62,956 nt of DNA, filler included, from Octopus bimaculoides (GCF_001194135.2; 5 parts of 5 records of this genome joined end to end with filler, not necessarily neighbours in it), one strand, 5' to 3'. Shown: positions 1 through 10,748, counted from the whole stretch's first letter. Made by a program: numbers and translations. Notes: generated by a model from the sequence alone, not told the origin.

Positions 1-619
1 GAAGAACCAGTTATAAATTCTCTTGTTAATGGTTCATATTAAGCCTCTCTACACTATTCGGCCGATGTTTTATTTCTCGCTAGAAACTCATTACCGTGAA
101 ATCCATCATCACCATCATCAGCATCACTATCACCGCCGCGACGAACAGCACTACCAACACCCCCCCCTTCTCCACCAACGCCGCACCCTGCCATGTAACT
201 GAATGTTTCATACTCTCAATCTTTGTTCCATCTTCATCTGACCTTTTCCTTCTTTCTGTCATCATCATCGTCGCCGTCATCTTTAACATTATCGTCTTTA
301 ACATCATCATCGCCGTCGTTATCATCATCACATGATCTTCGTCGTCATCGTCAACGATGTGGTTATATTGAAAATTTGATTCAATAATCAAGAGAGAAAA
401 GAGGGATAGGAGGGAGAGAGAGGGGAGGGAGAGAGAGGGGANNNNNNNNNNNNNNNNNNNNNNNNNNNNNNNNNNNNNNNNNNNNNNNNNNNNNNNNNNN
501 NNNNNNNNNNNNNNNNNNNNNNAGCTCTATTACGTCACAGTTTTCAAAGCCTCGTCATTCTCCTTCTTAATTTAATAAAAAAAACTTGTCTTCTAAGATA
601 TTGATTATAACGTAGCAAA

Positions 620-1010
620 AGTTTACAAATTCTTCACAGCAAAGAAATACCTAAAAAGACTTGTCAGACTGCCTCAGGGATCCAGCAGACAAATTTGGAA
701 AGGCGTTGCCTCGGAGGATGGCAAAGGAGTTGCGCTGGAACAGCCTCTTTGACTCACGGGGCTTGCACTTGCGACAGCCATATCCGACCCGATTGCAGTA
801 AATAGGGATATGGTTCGGGGGCCGAGAACTCCAGGGGTCTCCACCTGTCCCGATATCTTGATTGTGTGCTTTTCTCAGCCTGACGAGCAGCGGAGCCTGG
901 GCTGGTAGATGAACACGTCAAATTGCCGCTGGAGAAGGTGTCACAGCATGTGACATCCTAAATGAGGGGGCCAACTACCACGGAACAGGAAAATTGTTAA
1001 TGGGTGGATA
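620..1010 (-). mobile_element. CRE-like non-LTR retrotransposon, degraded 3' restriction-like endonuclease region
   Basis: With frameshifts: (W)DVTCCDTF...AARQAEK...VETPGVLG...RLFQRNSFAILRGNA, the typical C-terminal PD-(D/E)xK region of CRE-clade elements. Confidence 0.7.
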
Positions 1011-2692
1011 GCATGGTGTTAGACGTTACAATCTCGATTCGTAGGACAAATAGGGCCGACCGGTTACCCGGTTTCCATAGCAAATAAATGAGCGTGAGCA
1101 CAGCGCCCCGCTTGATCGGGACGCCAGTTCGTAGCCGGATTACTCATTTACAGCTAGGTGGATTGGTTGCAACGTGAAATGAAATGTTTTGCTGAAGAAG
1201 CACATTGCACCGCCCGGCTGATAATCGAAACCACGACCTTGCAATCGTGAGTGCAACACCCAATCCACTAGGTCATGAGCCGGCACTCACAGGTGGATGA
1301 GGGAGGGACAAAAATGGTGTTGAAAGGTTTCAAGAAGCTGTTCGTTTGTGACGTGTTCCGAGTACGAGATGCATAAGATGTTACCGTAGCTTCAGATTTC
1401 CTGTGCCCGTCCCAGCTGTATCTTTTCCTGTATCTCTGCTATGAGAAGCAGGGATATCAGTAGTATACTAACTTTGAGCATGAGAACTTTTGGTATAGCT
1501 GCATTGGCGTTGCCTATTTGACATGGCTGACTTGACGATGACCTATTTGATATCAAACGTTTGGATGTTTCGTTCTCTCTTTCCCTCCTTGTTTCTCTCT
1601 TTCCCTCCTTGTTTCTCTCTTTCCCTCCTTGTTTCTCTCTTTCCTTCCCTTTCTCTCTCCTTCCCTTTTTCTCTCCCTCCACCCTCTTTTCTTCCTCATA
1701 CTCTCTTTCTCCTTCCCCCTCCTCTCTGTCTGTTTATTGTATAAACATATTTCTTTTTGTGTATGAGGAAAAGGAAAGTGCTTATATCAATCGAGTTCAA
1801 TTAATAAATTTTAATGTCTCCTCCCTCTCCCTCCCATTCTCTCTTTCTCCCACTCTCTTTACCTGTACGTGTATATTTCTGCATGTGCGTGCGTGCGTGT
1901 GCATAAGTGTGTGTACAAGTGGAGGTGAATGCGTGTGTTTGCCTCCAGTGCTAAAAAGTACTGTCGCGAAAACAAGCCGAATGCCCAGTGAGCCAAATTC
2001 TCAGCTGCAACTAATTGTTCCCTTCTGACTAGGGACCTAGTATGAAACCAAATTCGCATTAAAATATATACACATAGCGTCCTATTCCTCAATGAATGAC
2101 GTTTTCGTGACAACCAGGCACTGCTCAATATTTCAGTTAAGAACCAACGAGGGAATCTCTAGGCCAGTGGTCTCCAGCTTGCGATATGTAAAGTCCTGGA
2201 GATCCACAAAGTAAGCACAGAAGGTGGGGGAAGCGAGAGCTGAATTCAAAGTTAGTTGAGTGAACAGATCTTTCAAACAACTGGGGATGCGTGGGAAAAT
2301 ACATTTAGTATGACTGAGTGATTAAGAATGGATGCAGATATGGCTATGTGGTTAAAAAGCTCACCTTGCAACTACGTGGTTTCGGGTTTAGCTCCACTGC
2401 ATGGTACCATGGATTTGGTAGACGGAAATTGTGTGAAAGCCCGATGTATATATGTGGGTATGTGTGTGAGAGTGAGAGTGTTTGTCCTCACACCTCTATT
2501 GGTTTGTTTACGCCCCCGTAACGTAGCGGTTCAGAAAAAGAAACCTATACAATAAGTACCATACTTATAAAAAAAAAATTAAGTAGTCAGGTCGATTTGT
2601 TAGACTAAACCCTTCTAGGTGGTGCCCCAGTATGGCCGCAGTCTAATGACTGAAGCAAATATAAGACTAAAGATAAAAGATAAAGAATTTAC

Positions 2693-2859
2693 ATTGATAT
2701 TAGGATTATCTTCAATCAGTTGTCGTGCTATATCTTTACATGACGTGTTCTTGGGCATAAAACGGTCACTCTCCCAGTCACGATTCGGAGAGTGAGCGTA
2801 AGTGGCCGCAGGTGTAGCATGAGTGACTCTTGTTGTGGTTACAATACCAACTGATTTGC
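2693..2859 (-). CDS. ALPL: Alkaline phosphatase, next internal exon (equivalent to ALPL exon 6)
   Basis: Acceptor tttcccttttcag, donor AAT|gtaaat; 167 nt, phase 1 to 0, in phase with the 6387-6564 exon; translates (G)[55 protein letters not shown], containing the conserved [14 protein letters not shown] and RxWExD motifs. Confidence 0.96.
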
Positions 2860-3432
2860 CTGAAAAGGGAAAGGAAAATAAAAAGGAATAAAAGAAAGGT
2901 TAAAGTTATTCATGTTTTAGAATATACTAGCAGTAATATCCGTCGTTGATCGGGTAATTACTTTTACTCTTTCTCGGGAGCAATATTCAAAGTGTTATTA
3001 TATATACAGATTTATTCCTCCTGTATGTGTGTATTTTATAAGAAAAAAACATGTAATAATTAAAGTGGAAAAAAGATCAATTTCATACACAAACTTCCGT
3101 TTGTTTAGTATATGACAATAATAAGTAAGTTGTATGTGTTATTTTATCAATACAGTAATGACAATTATATAATACACAAGGCTTTGGTCGGCACGGAGCA
3201 GTAATGAAAGAGAATTGCCCAACGTGCCGCACAGTGGGACTGAACCGAAGGCTACAAGGTTGGAAAGCAAGCTTCTCAACCACACAGCCACGCCTATAAA
3301 GGAGAGATATATTTTGGATAATATATTCCTTGATACAATATTCTTAACAAAGAGATGGGACGTTTACGGCGAGAAGACCTTTAATTTTAATATTTACTCG
3401 AGCAACGCAACAACTAACAACGCTACACCATA

Positions 3433-3913
3433 CAGGCTGTTCCAGAATTAACTATCTGTTGCAATGAAATTGAGAAAAAAATTTTAAAACTGACAGAATT
3501 TTATTTATTACCAAAATAGATTTATAAATCATACGTCAAACTTTTATTGAAAATTTTCAACATGTCTGTATCCTTGCATACTTCAAATCTCTCCTTAATG
3601 TTGTGAAACATATTTTGAAGCATTTAAGGAATTAGCTCTTGCACTGCTAACTGAATGTGTTCTTTAAGCTCAGTTAAATGATTGCTCCATCTTGGGGATG
3701 GACGTAAAGAAAATGATTGCTGCCAAATTGAAAAAAAGCTGTCATGGACAAGTAAGAGGGGTCCAACAGGAATAAAAATAAAATTATAAACAAAATTCAA
3801 AATTTATACGCTTTTAACATATATTAAACATGATAAACATAGATAAAAGTGAGTTTTTTTTCTTTAAATGCATCCGATTTCACCCAAATCATCGTTAATT
3901 CTGGGACACCCTG
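3433..3913 (-). mobile_element. Internally deleted Tc1/mariner-superfamily element
   Basis: Imperfect ~20-bp TIRs CAGGCTGTTCCAGAATTAAC / GTTAATTCTGGGACACCCTG, TA flanks at 3431-3432 and 3914-3915; internal remnant of a transposase C-terminus (ELKEHI...RFEVC...HVENF). Confidence 0.75.
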
Positions 3914-3949
3914 TATTTACTCGTCCGACTAAACGGGAGAGGGAACACA

Positions 3950-4025
3950 GGGAGCGACCAATCAGGTGGCGAGCGTAGCTTCCGGAAGTGGTCACGCAGT
4001 CAAACTCAAATGGCTGTGAGTCACA
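3950..4025 (+). promoter_or_regulatory. Promoter/enhancer-like motif cluster: NF-Y CCAAT box, ETS/GABP site, AP-1 site
   Basis: GACCAATCAG at 3956-3965, CCGGAAGTG at 3982-3990 (within palindromic CTTCCGGAAG), TGAGTCA at 4017-4023, in a locally CpG-rich patch. Confidence 0.5.
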
Positions 4026-4075
4026 ACAGCAGTTTTTTTTTGTTTTTTTTTGTATGAACATTTTCCATTATATAG

Positions 4076-4315
4076 TTCAGTCATATGGATGACATAGAAA
4101 GCAGACATACTGCCAGGCCATGCTGCGAGGCGCAGGATTGGAAACGTGAACCAAAAGGGCACTTCTTGAGAATGGATGAATGGGTTTGTTGTGCCTTTAC
4201 CCTGCCGCACACACGATCATGGCTCGGTGTTGTGCGCGATGGTAACATGAAGCATCAACAGGGCGCCGACAAAAATTTTCATGTTCTCATTTCCTCTGCC
4301 AAATTGGACAAAAAG
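4076..4315 (+). CDS. Candidate coding exon of an unknown gene antisense within the ALP intron
   Basis: ATG GCT|gtgagt (4010-4021), 60-nt T-rich intron, tatag| at 4075, then in-frame FSHMDDIESRHTARPCCEAQDWKREPKGHFLRMDEWVCCAFTLPHTRSWLGVVRDG...; possible donors at 4241 (G|gtaaca) or 4315; no family recognised. Confidence 0.3.
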
Positions 4316-4376
4316 GTTTTCATGAAATATTATATACTACTTATATGCATAAGTAGTGTCAATATTTCATCGTCGA

Positions 4377-4600
4377 AGGTGGCGAGCTGGCAGAAACGTT
4401 TGCACGCCGGGCGAAATGCTTAGCAGTATTTCGTCTGTCTTTACGTTCTGAGTTCAATTTCCACCGAGGTCGACTTTGCCTTTCATCCGTTCGGAATCGA
4501 TAAATTAAATACTAGTTGCGTACAGGGGTCGATCTAATTGACTGGCCCCCTCCCCCAAAATTTCGGGCCTCGTTCCTAAAGTAGAAAAGGATATTTTATC
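4377..4600 (+). mobile_element. tRNA-derived SINE family 2 (other copies 6958-7175-, 7620-7745-, 7905-8065-, 8065-8292-, 25200-25410-, 25432-25646-, 29050-29345-, 51835-51958-, 61245-61392-, 62611-62839+)
   Basis: Shared sequence ggcgagctggcagaaacg...ttctgagttcaaattccgccgaggtcgactttgcctttcatcc...aagtaccag; tail runs into (ATT)n. Confidence 0.88.
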
Positions 4601-5378
4601 GTCAGAAAATGGCCCTGAACAAAGATAAAACCCAGTGAAGCACACACAAACCTGATTAATCTGCATTTGGGGGCGGGGACATAATCGGCGTCGGAAATTT
4701 GTTTTAGTCAACAATAATTCGAAGAGCCTGATTAATGTTTGTTGCAAATTTGGAGGAAATCGACTGGATACTGTTCAAGTTACGGTCATTGACGCTGCGC
4801 TGCCCCTAGGCCGGCATTAGGCAAGAAGTTGAAAATTGTTTTGCCCTATGACATTCCATGGACCCTGTGTAATGCCTGTGTAAAATTTCATTAGAATCTG
4901 TTGGGTAGATCACGAGTTTTAATGACATGACAAACACACATCCTGTGTTTTATAGATTACGAATATATGACAATACTTACTTGAGATGCAATCGGTAACA
5001 GAATATCCAAGTTTCGAGTCACAGGTAGGAGCAAAAATCGATAGTTGTACATACCAGAAAGAACTAATTCCCCTCAAACGATCCCCTCGACACCTGTTAC
5101 ACTCGACTCCCCGGTGAGGGAAGAGGCTGTTCCAAGACCCTGCTTCTTGACTAGTCCTCTAAAATGATCCCCTCAACACATCTGTCATGAGGTCACTTTA
5201 CCTCGCTTCCCGTCTAGGTTAGAGCCTTGGATCTAGGTTAGAAACCGGCTCTTTCTCTATTGGCAAGAAATCTTGAAATGAACTGAATAATGACAATATA
5301 NNNNNNNNNNNNNNNNNNNNNNNNNNNNNNNNNNNNNNNNNNNNNNNNNNNNNNNNNNNNNNNNNNNTATATATATAC

Positions 5379-5424
<46 letters not shown>

Positions 5425-6386
5425 TTATCATAAAATAACCACAAAGCTTGTAAATACAGCTACCCAGGGTTTCCTAGTTGAAATAGTGATTTATTCCGTA
5501 TTTATCAAGAAAAACACAAGCCAAATAACCAATGTTACAACAACTACGTCGGCGTCAGGCAGGCGTAAACCAAATGTTAAAGGTTTACAAAGTGCCCGGT
5601 GGCCTACTTTTAAATTCCGACAAGATGTATTTCTTGAAATGTAGACACACAGAAAAAAACCCGCTTTCCTCGAATTTATGTATTCACTGGAGGTTCTCAA
5701 GTTTTTCAAAAGAACTTACTAGATATTTTTTTAATATATAGGTTTGGATTTGGAGAGGATTTTCCATTTGATGCCGAAACTGATCCCTTCGTCTTAAGCT
5801 TCCAGATTTAAGCGGAAAGATTTGTTGAATGCCTCTTATCACGGGACTAAAAGGATTGAGGAAAGACTCCTTCCTCTTCAGTTAAGCCCCATCAGCTTTT
5901 TAAAGTTCCACTTGGAAAGGAAAGTAAGTGGTTGCAGCAAAAATGGTTAGGGGGAGTTGTCCAATTCTAGGCATGCACTATGTCGTTAAGAAACTCATTT
6001 TGACACCAGGTGGTTTCAAGTTCAGTCTCAATGCGTGGCACCTTGGGCAAGTATCTACTATTATAGTTCTGGGTCGATCAATGCCTGTGAGCAGATTTGA
6101 TAGGCGGAAACAGTGCTGAAGCTCATAGAACGTGTGTGTGCGTTTGTATTAGTGGCCATGTTTGTCACATTCCTCGCCGCTTGAGAACCGGCGTTAGTTT
6201 GTTTACGTTTCCATTACATAGCGATTCAGCAAAAGAGGCCGATACAATGAGTACCAGACTTAGAAAAGTAAAACGTAACTAAAGCGGTCAATTTGTTCGT
6301 CCAGACCCTTCAAGGTGGTAGCCCAACATGGTCGTAGTCCAATGACTGAAACAAGTAAAGGATAAAAGATAATAAAAAAGACTTAC

Positions 6387-6564
6387 CTGCTGCTAATGCC
6401 CAGTCCAGTATTGAATTGACCTTACTCTCTTCCACTTTACTAGAACACGCTCCGCGCTTGACATTACCATCGAGGCCAACAACTCCATTGTTGGTTTTTA
6501 CACCAGTCAGGAATGCCGTTGCTGTGGCTGCTGAGTCAGGAGTTGTTTTGTCTTCGGTGTAAGT
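6387..6564 (-). CDS. ALPL: Alkaline phosphatase, internal exon carrying the catalytic serine (equivalent to vertebrate ALPL exon 5)
   Basis: Acceptor ttttatattttgtcag, donor G|gtaagt; 178 nt, phase 0 to 1; translates TYTEDKTTPDSAATATAFLTGVKTNNGVVGLDGNVKRGACSSKVEESKVNSILDWALAA(G), matching the ALP signature PDSAxTATAxLxGVKxN and SILxWAxxAG. Confidence 0.96.
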
Positions 6565-6674
6565 CTGACAAAATATAAAACAAATAAAGCATTAATTGTA
6601 GAATAACATATTCGTTTGCAGCTGATTGTTGCTTCTTATCTATCTATCTATTTATCTATCTATCTATCTTTCTT

Positions 6675-6723
<49 letters not shown>

Positions 6724-7479
6724 CTATCTATATATATATATATATATATAATCTGTCTGCTTCATATCTTTCTAGCTTGGTAGTTCACAATAATAAGAAT
6801 AACAAACAAGTTGTAATAATTTGAGGCTGAGGAAAAATGGAAGTCTGACGTTTCGGGCCTACGCTCTTCTATATACATGAGCGTACACACACAGGTGTTT
6901 TATATGATAAATTCGATGCACACATACACACGCTCACAACAGCAACAATAATAATAATAATCCTTTCTACTATAGTCACAAGGCCTGAAATTTGGGGGAG
7001 GGGGATAGTCGATTACATCGACCCAGTGCGTAACTGGTACTTATTTAATCGACCCCGAAAAGATAAAAGGCAAAGTCAACCTCAACGGAATTTGAACTCA
7101 GAACGTAACGGCAGACGAAATACCGCTCAGCATTTCGTCCCGAGTGCTAACGATTCTGCCAGCTCGCCGCATTAGCGAAAATCACAATAATAATAACAAT
7201 AATAACAATACAAAACAAACATAAAATGTGGGGGTTTACATATAATTAAATGATAAAAGAAATAATAATAATTTCAAATTTTACCACAGGGGNNNNNNNN
7301 NNNNNNNNNNNNNNNNNNNNNNNNNNNNNNNNNNNNNNNNNNNNNNNNNNNNNNNNNNNNNNNNNNNNNNNNNNNNNNNNNNNNNNNNNNNNNNNNNNNN
7401 NNNNNNNNNNNNNNNNNNNNNNNNNNNNNNNNNNNNNNNNNNNNNNNNNNNNNNNNNNNNNNNNNNNNNNNNNNNNNNC

Positions 7480-7576
7480 ATAACACCTACATGAACTTCT
7501 AACTTGTTGTCTCTTGAGGTCTCTGGGTGAGACTTGGATCCAACTTGTACAAATGCAAAACAAAAGTCAAACATAA

Positions 7577-7585
<9 letters not shown>
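7480..7585 (+). mobile_element. Probable R4/Dong-like 3' UTR remnant followed by (AAT)n
   Basis: ...gtctctgggtgagacttggatccaacttgtacaaatgcaaaacaaaagtcaaacataaa then an (AAT)n array; resembles the 3' ends of these elements; no coding motif. Confidence 0.4.
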
Positions 7586-7613
<28 letters not shown>

Positions 7614-7743
7614 TATTTCTTTATTGCCCACAGGGGGCTAAACATAGAGGGGACAAACAAGGAGATTAAGTCGATTACATCGACCCCACTGATTAACTGG
7701 TACTTATTTAATTGACCCTGAAAGGATGAAAGGCAAAGTCGAC

Positions 7744-7744
<1 letters not shown>

Positions 7745-7797
<53 letters not shown>

Positions 7798-7830
7798 TAT
7801 AATGATGATGATAATAATAATAATAATAGC

Positions 7831-7875
<45 letters not shown>

Positions 7876-7902
7876 AATAATAATAATAATAATAATAATA
7901 AT
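7745..7902. repeat. Compound (AAT)n/(AAC)n microsatellite; similar arrays at 55300-55515, 54978-55036 (TAG)n, 23698-23780 (TA)n, 40030-40110 (TG)n, 48900-49280 (GA/GATA/GACA)n, 50575-50660 (TG)n
   Basis: Visible directly; these account for most poly-I/N/V/L/H/T/C ORFs in the track. Confidence 0.95.
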
Positions 7903-8312
7903 CCTGTCTACTATATGCATAAGGTCTGAAATTTTGTGGGAGTGAGACAGTGGATTACATCAACTCCAGTGTTTCACTGGTACTTAATTTATCGACCCCG
8001 AAAGGATAAAAAGCAACGTCGACCTCGGCTAAATTTGAACTCAGAACGTAACAGCAGACGAAATACCTATTTCGTTATTGCCCACCAGGGGCTAAACATA
8101 GAGGGAACAAACAAGAACAGACGAACGGGTTAAGTCGATTACATCGACCCCAGTGCGTAACTGGTACTTAATTTATCGACCCCGAAAGGATGAAAGGCAA
8201 AGTCGACCTCGGCGGAATTTGAACTCAGAACGTAACGGCAGACGAAATACCGCTAAGCATTTCGTCCAGCGAGCTAACGATTCTGCTCGCTGCCTTAATA
8301 TTAATAGTAACA

Positions 8313-8412
8313 NNNNNNNNNNNNNNNNNNNNNNNNNNNNNNNNNNNNNNNNNNNNTTAATTAATTAANNNNNNNNNNNNNNNNNNNNNNNNNNNNNNNN
8401 NNNNNNNNNNNN
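8313..8412. other. Artificial scaffold-join pad (44 N + TTAATTAATTAA + 44 N)
   Basis: Exactly 100 nt; identical construct at 34977-35076, 57944-58043 and 60119-60218; the 12-mer is palindromic with stops in all six frames. Confidence 0.93.
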
Positions 8413-8938
8413 TGTGTGTGTTGTATCCTATCTAGTTCATTGATTCCTAAATATTTGTATGGCTGGCTTTGGTCTAATTCTCTTATTTCATTGGCCTTAT
8501 CTAGTATGATGTTGCTACTCTTAACTAGTTTTCCTCTTTTCAGGGTTGCTTTTGCACATTTTTCTAATCCGAATTTCATATCTATTTCTTTGGTAAATCC
8601 ATGTACTGTCTGTAGTAGTGTTTCCAGCTCTTTATCATTTCTAGCGTATAATTTTAGGTCATCCATATATAAAAGGTGGCTGATTGCTTTGCCGTAACAT
8701 TTGTATCCGCATCCAGTTCTATTTAGCAAGTCAGTTAAAGATATGAGTGCCAAACAGAACAGGAGTGGAGAGAGCGTGTCTCCCTGGAATATTCCTCTTC
8801 TAATGGGGATGGCTTTTGTTTTCATGAGTCCCTATTTTGTTTGGAGCTGTAGCACTGTCTGCTATTTATTCATAGTGTCTTATGTATTTTATAATAATTG
8901 GTGCCACCTTGTTTATGGCTAATGTTTCGAGGATCCAC
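8413..8938 (-). mobile_element. R4/Dong-clade non-LTR retrotransposon RT fragment
   Basis: IRRGIFQGDTLSPLLFCLAL...HLLYMDDLKLYA...MKFGLEKCA...YKYLGI; its 5' truncation abuts a (TAA)n run at ~8942-8955; cut by an assembly pad. Confidence 0.9.
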
Positions 8939-9189
8939 TTGTTATTATTATTATTGAGGCATAATTAAATACCGCAAAGCATTTTTGTCTTGTTCTTTAC
9001 TTGAGTCTACCATGCATCACTCAAAAATTAGTAAATAAGGAATATTTAAAAAATATGGAGTAGGGGGATTAAAAAAAATAAGAAAAAGATTTTTTGTATA
9101 ATTGTATGAATTCCACAGTGTAGAACACAAATTTGCAAGAATTTTGTGAAAACTCCCAAAAATATTAAAAAAGTTATGAGGGATTATAT

Positions 9190-9531
9190 TAGTGGTTCTC
9201 AACTGAGGTCTCATATGGCCCCTGAGGATCCATATAAGATTTTGGGGGGGCCCACACAACAAAATAGTAAACTGGGAATCCACAATAGTATTTTGAGGGC
9301 CCCTAAAAATTTTACATGTGTTTTGGTATGTATTGCAAGAAACAGTTTAGTTTCTTTCTCTAATGTTTTACATAGTTTAACCTACACAAGTTAATATATG
9401 AAAAACAAAATAGGTATTTTGAAAGAAGTTTCTATAAAACTAGTTTTTAAACATTGAATGGCTATGAGGTCCACCAGAATAAAGTGGTAATCAAAAGGGT
9501 CCATAGATAAAAAGATGGTTGAGAGCTCTTA
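9190..9531. mobile_element. hAT-type MITE
   Basis: Termini (t)agtggttctcaac ... ggttgagagctct; 8-bp TSD gattatat / ggttatat (7/8). Confidence 0.75.
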
Positions 9532-9577
9532 GGTTATATGGTGTGCTTGGATCAGAATTTTGCCATATGAATGTGAA

Positions 9578-9583
9578 TTTATT
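9578..9583 (-). terminator. Candidate poly(A) signal AATAAA for gene X
   Basis: tttatt on the plus strand, ~240 nt past the proposed stop at 9823-9825; the motif is common in AT-rich DNA. Confidence 0.2.
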
Positions 9584-9822
9584 TGCTTTCATCACTGGAA
9601 TCACAGCCATGCTAGGGCACCACCTTATAGGGTTTTAGTCAAACAAATCAAATATGTTACTTACTCTACCTCTCTTTTGTTAAACCATCAAGTTACAGGG
9701 ATGTAAACAAACCAACAATGGTTGTCAAGCTGTGAGGTAGGGTTGTGGACAGATGCAGACTGAATGATACACACATAGATATATATATATATCCATACAA
9801 GTTGATCTTTTGTGTTTCTCTC

Positions 9823-9837
9823 TCAGTTTTCTAACTT
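9823..9837 (-). CDS. Gene X candidate terminal coding segment (KLEN*)
   Basis: Acceptor aatctctttatatttgag then AAG TTA GAA AAC TGA in phase 0; gives the C-terminus ...LLQQKLKKLEN*. Confidence 0.45.
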   Translation of the reverse strand, partial: KLEN

Positions 9838-10255
9838 CTCAAATATAAAGAGATTTAAATTAAAAGGCATTTAAATGTTCTTAAATTAAATGATGTTCAT
9901 TTTCATGGTCTTATTAATACAGTCAATAATTGTATGATGCTAATTAAATGTTTGTGCTTAAACTTACATCATTTGAAATGGTTAATTCGGTGAAAAGGTA
10001 TATATTTTACAAAAGAAAAACAAACGTGTGTGAGTTTGCATGTATCTATCTATCTATACCTATGACAGGCTTCTTTCAGTTTTCATCTATCAAACCCTCA
10101 CACTCAAAGGCTTTGGTTGGCTGAAAACCTATAGTAGAAGACACTTGCCCAAAGTGCCATACAGTGGGACTGAACTTGAAAGCAAATTTATTGCCACACA
10201 GTTATGCCTGTAGTTAAGAATATTCATGCTGCAAAATGGATATAAGAAAACTCAC

Positions 10256-10281
10256 CTTTAGCTTTTGCTGAAGAAGAATCA
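10256..10281 (-). CDS. Gene X microexon, 26 nt
   Basis: Acceptor aattttctatag, donor AAG|gtgag; phase 1 to 0: (V)ILLQQKLK, continuing the frame of 10695-10748. Confidence 0.65.
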
Positions 10282-10694
10282 CTATAGAAAATTACTCAGA
10301 GATGTCTGGTGCGTGGAAACATAATAACAAACTGGATGCTAACATGTTTGATGAATTAAGCCAAGAAAGTTTATTTATATTTAAATTACACTCTTTGTGA
10401 TAAAAGCAGTCATTATCTGAATAGTTCTGCTCAGAAAAGTTAGAGAGGCAACTACCAAATTTTTTTATGGATTAAAATAAAATAAATACAGTGGGGAATG
10501 AATCTGTTCTTTAGCAGTGGAGTGACTGCTCCATGTATGTTTCAGTATTATAACACCACATCAGTGCAGCTTGGTCTAACACAATGTCAGTTAGATAGCT
10601 CTTAGAGTGACTAAATAAATATTGGATTTAGATGGAATTAAAGAGAGTAATTTAACAAGTTAAAAGGATGATGGAAAAGAATATTTGTAGATAC

Positions 10695-10748
10695 CAGCTG
10701 CTTGAAGAGTTTTTGCTGTTTGTTCTAGGTAACGATCTTCATATAATA
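10695..10748 (-). CDS. Exon of an unidentified multi-microexon gene (gene X), 54 nt
   Basis: Acceptor taccccttcttttttaaaag, donor G|gtatct; phase 1 to 1, open: xLYEDRYLEQTAKTLQAA; phase-compatible with both neighbours. Confidence 0.7.

Noticed and set aside
1392-1560. Minus ORF tail with a hydrophobic stretch (AAIPKVLMLKVSILLISLLLI) resembling an ALP GPI-anchor signal
   Set aside because: The ALP exons that must precede it (metal-binding and crown regions) are absent between 2693 and 1560, there is no YAxC motif or clear acceptor, and the ORF starts in a purine microsatellite.
10691-10728. Apparent plus-strand exon (YQLLEEFLLFVL) or recursive AG|GT site; similar AG|GT sites at 10843, 12541 and 12565
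   Set aside because: Better explained as the antisense of the phase-consistent minus exon 10695-10748; the plus-strand sites do not chain into an open frame.
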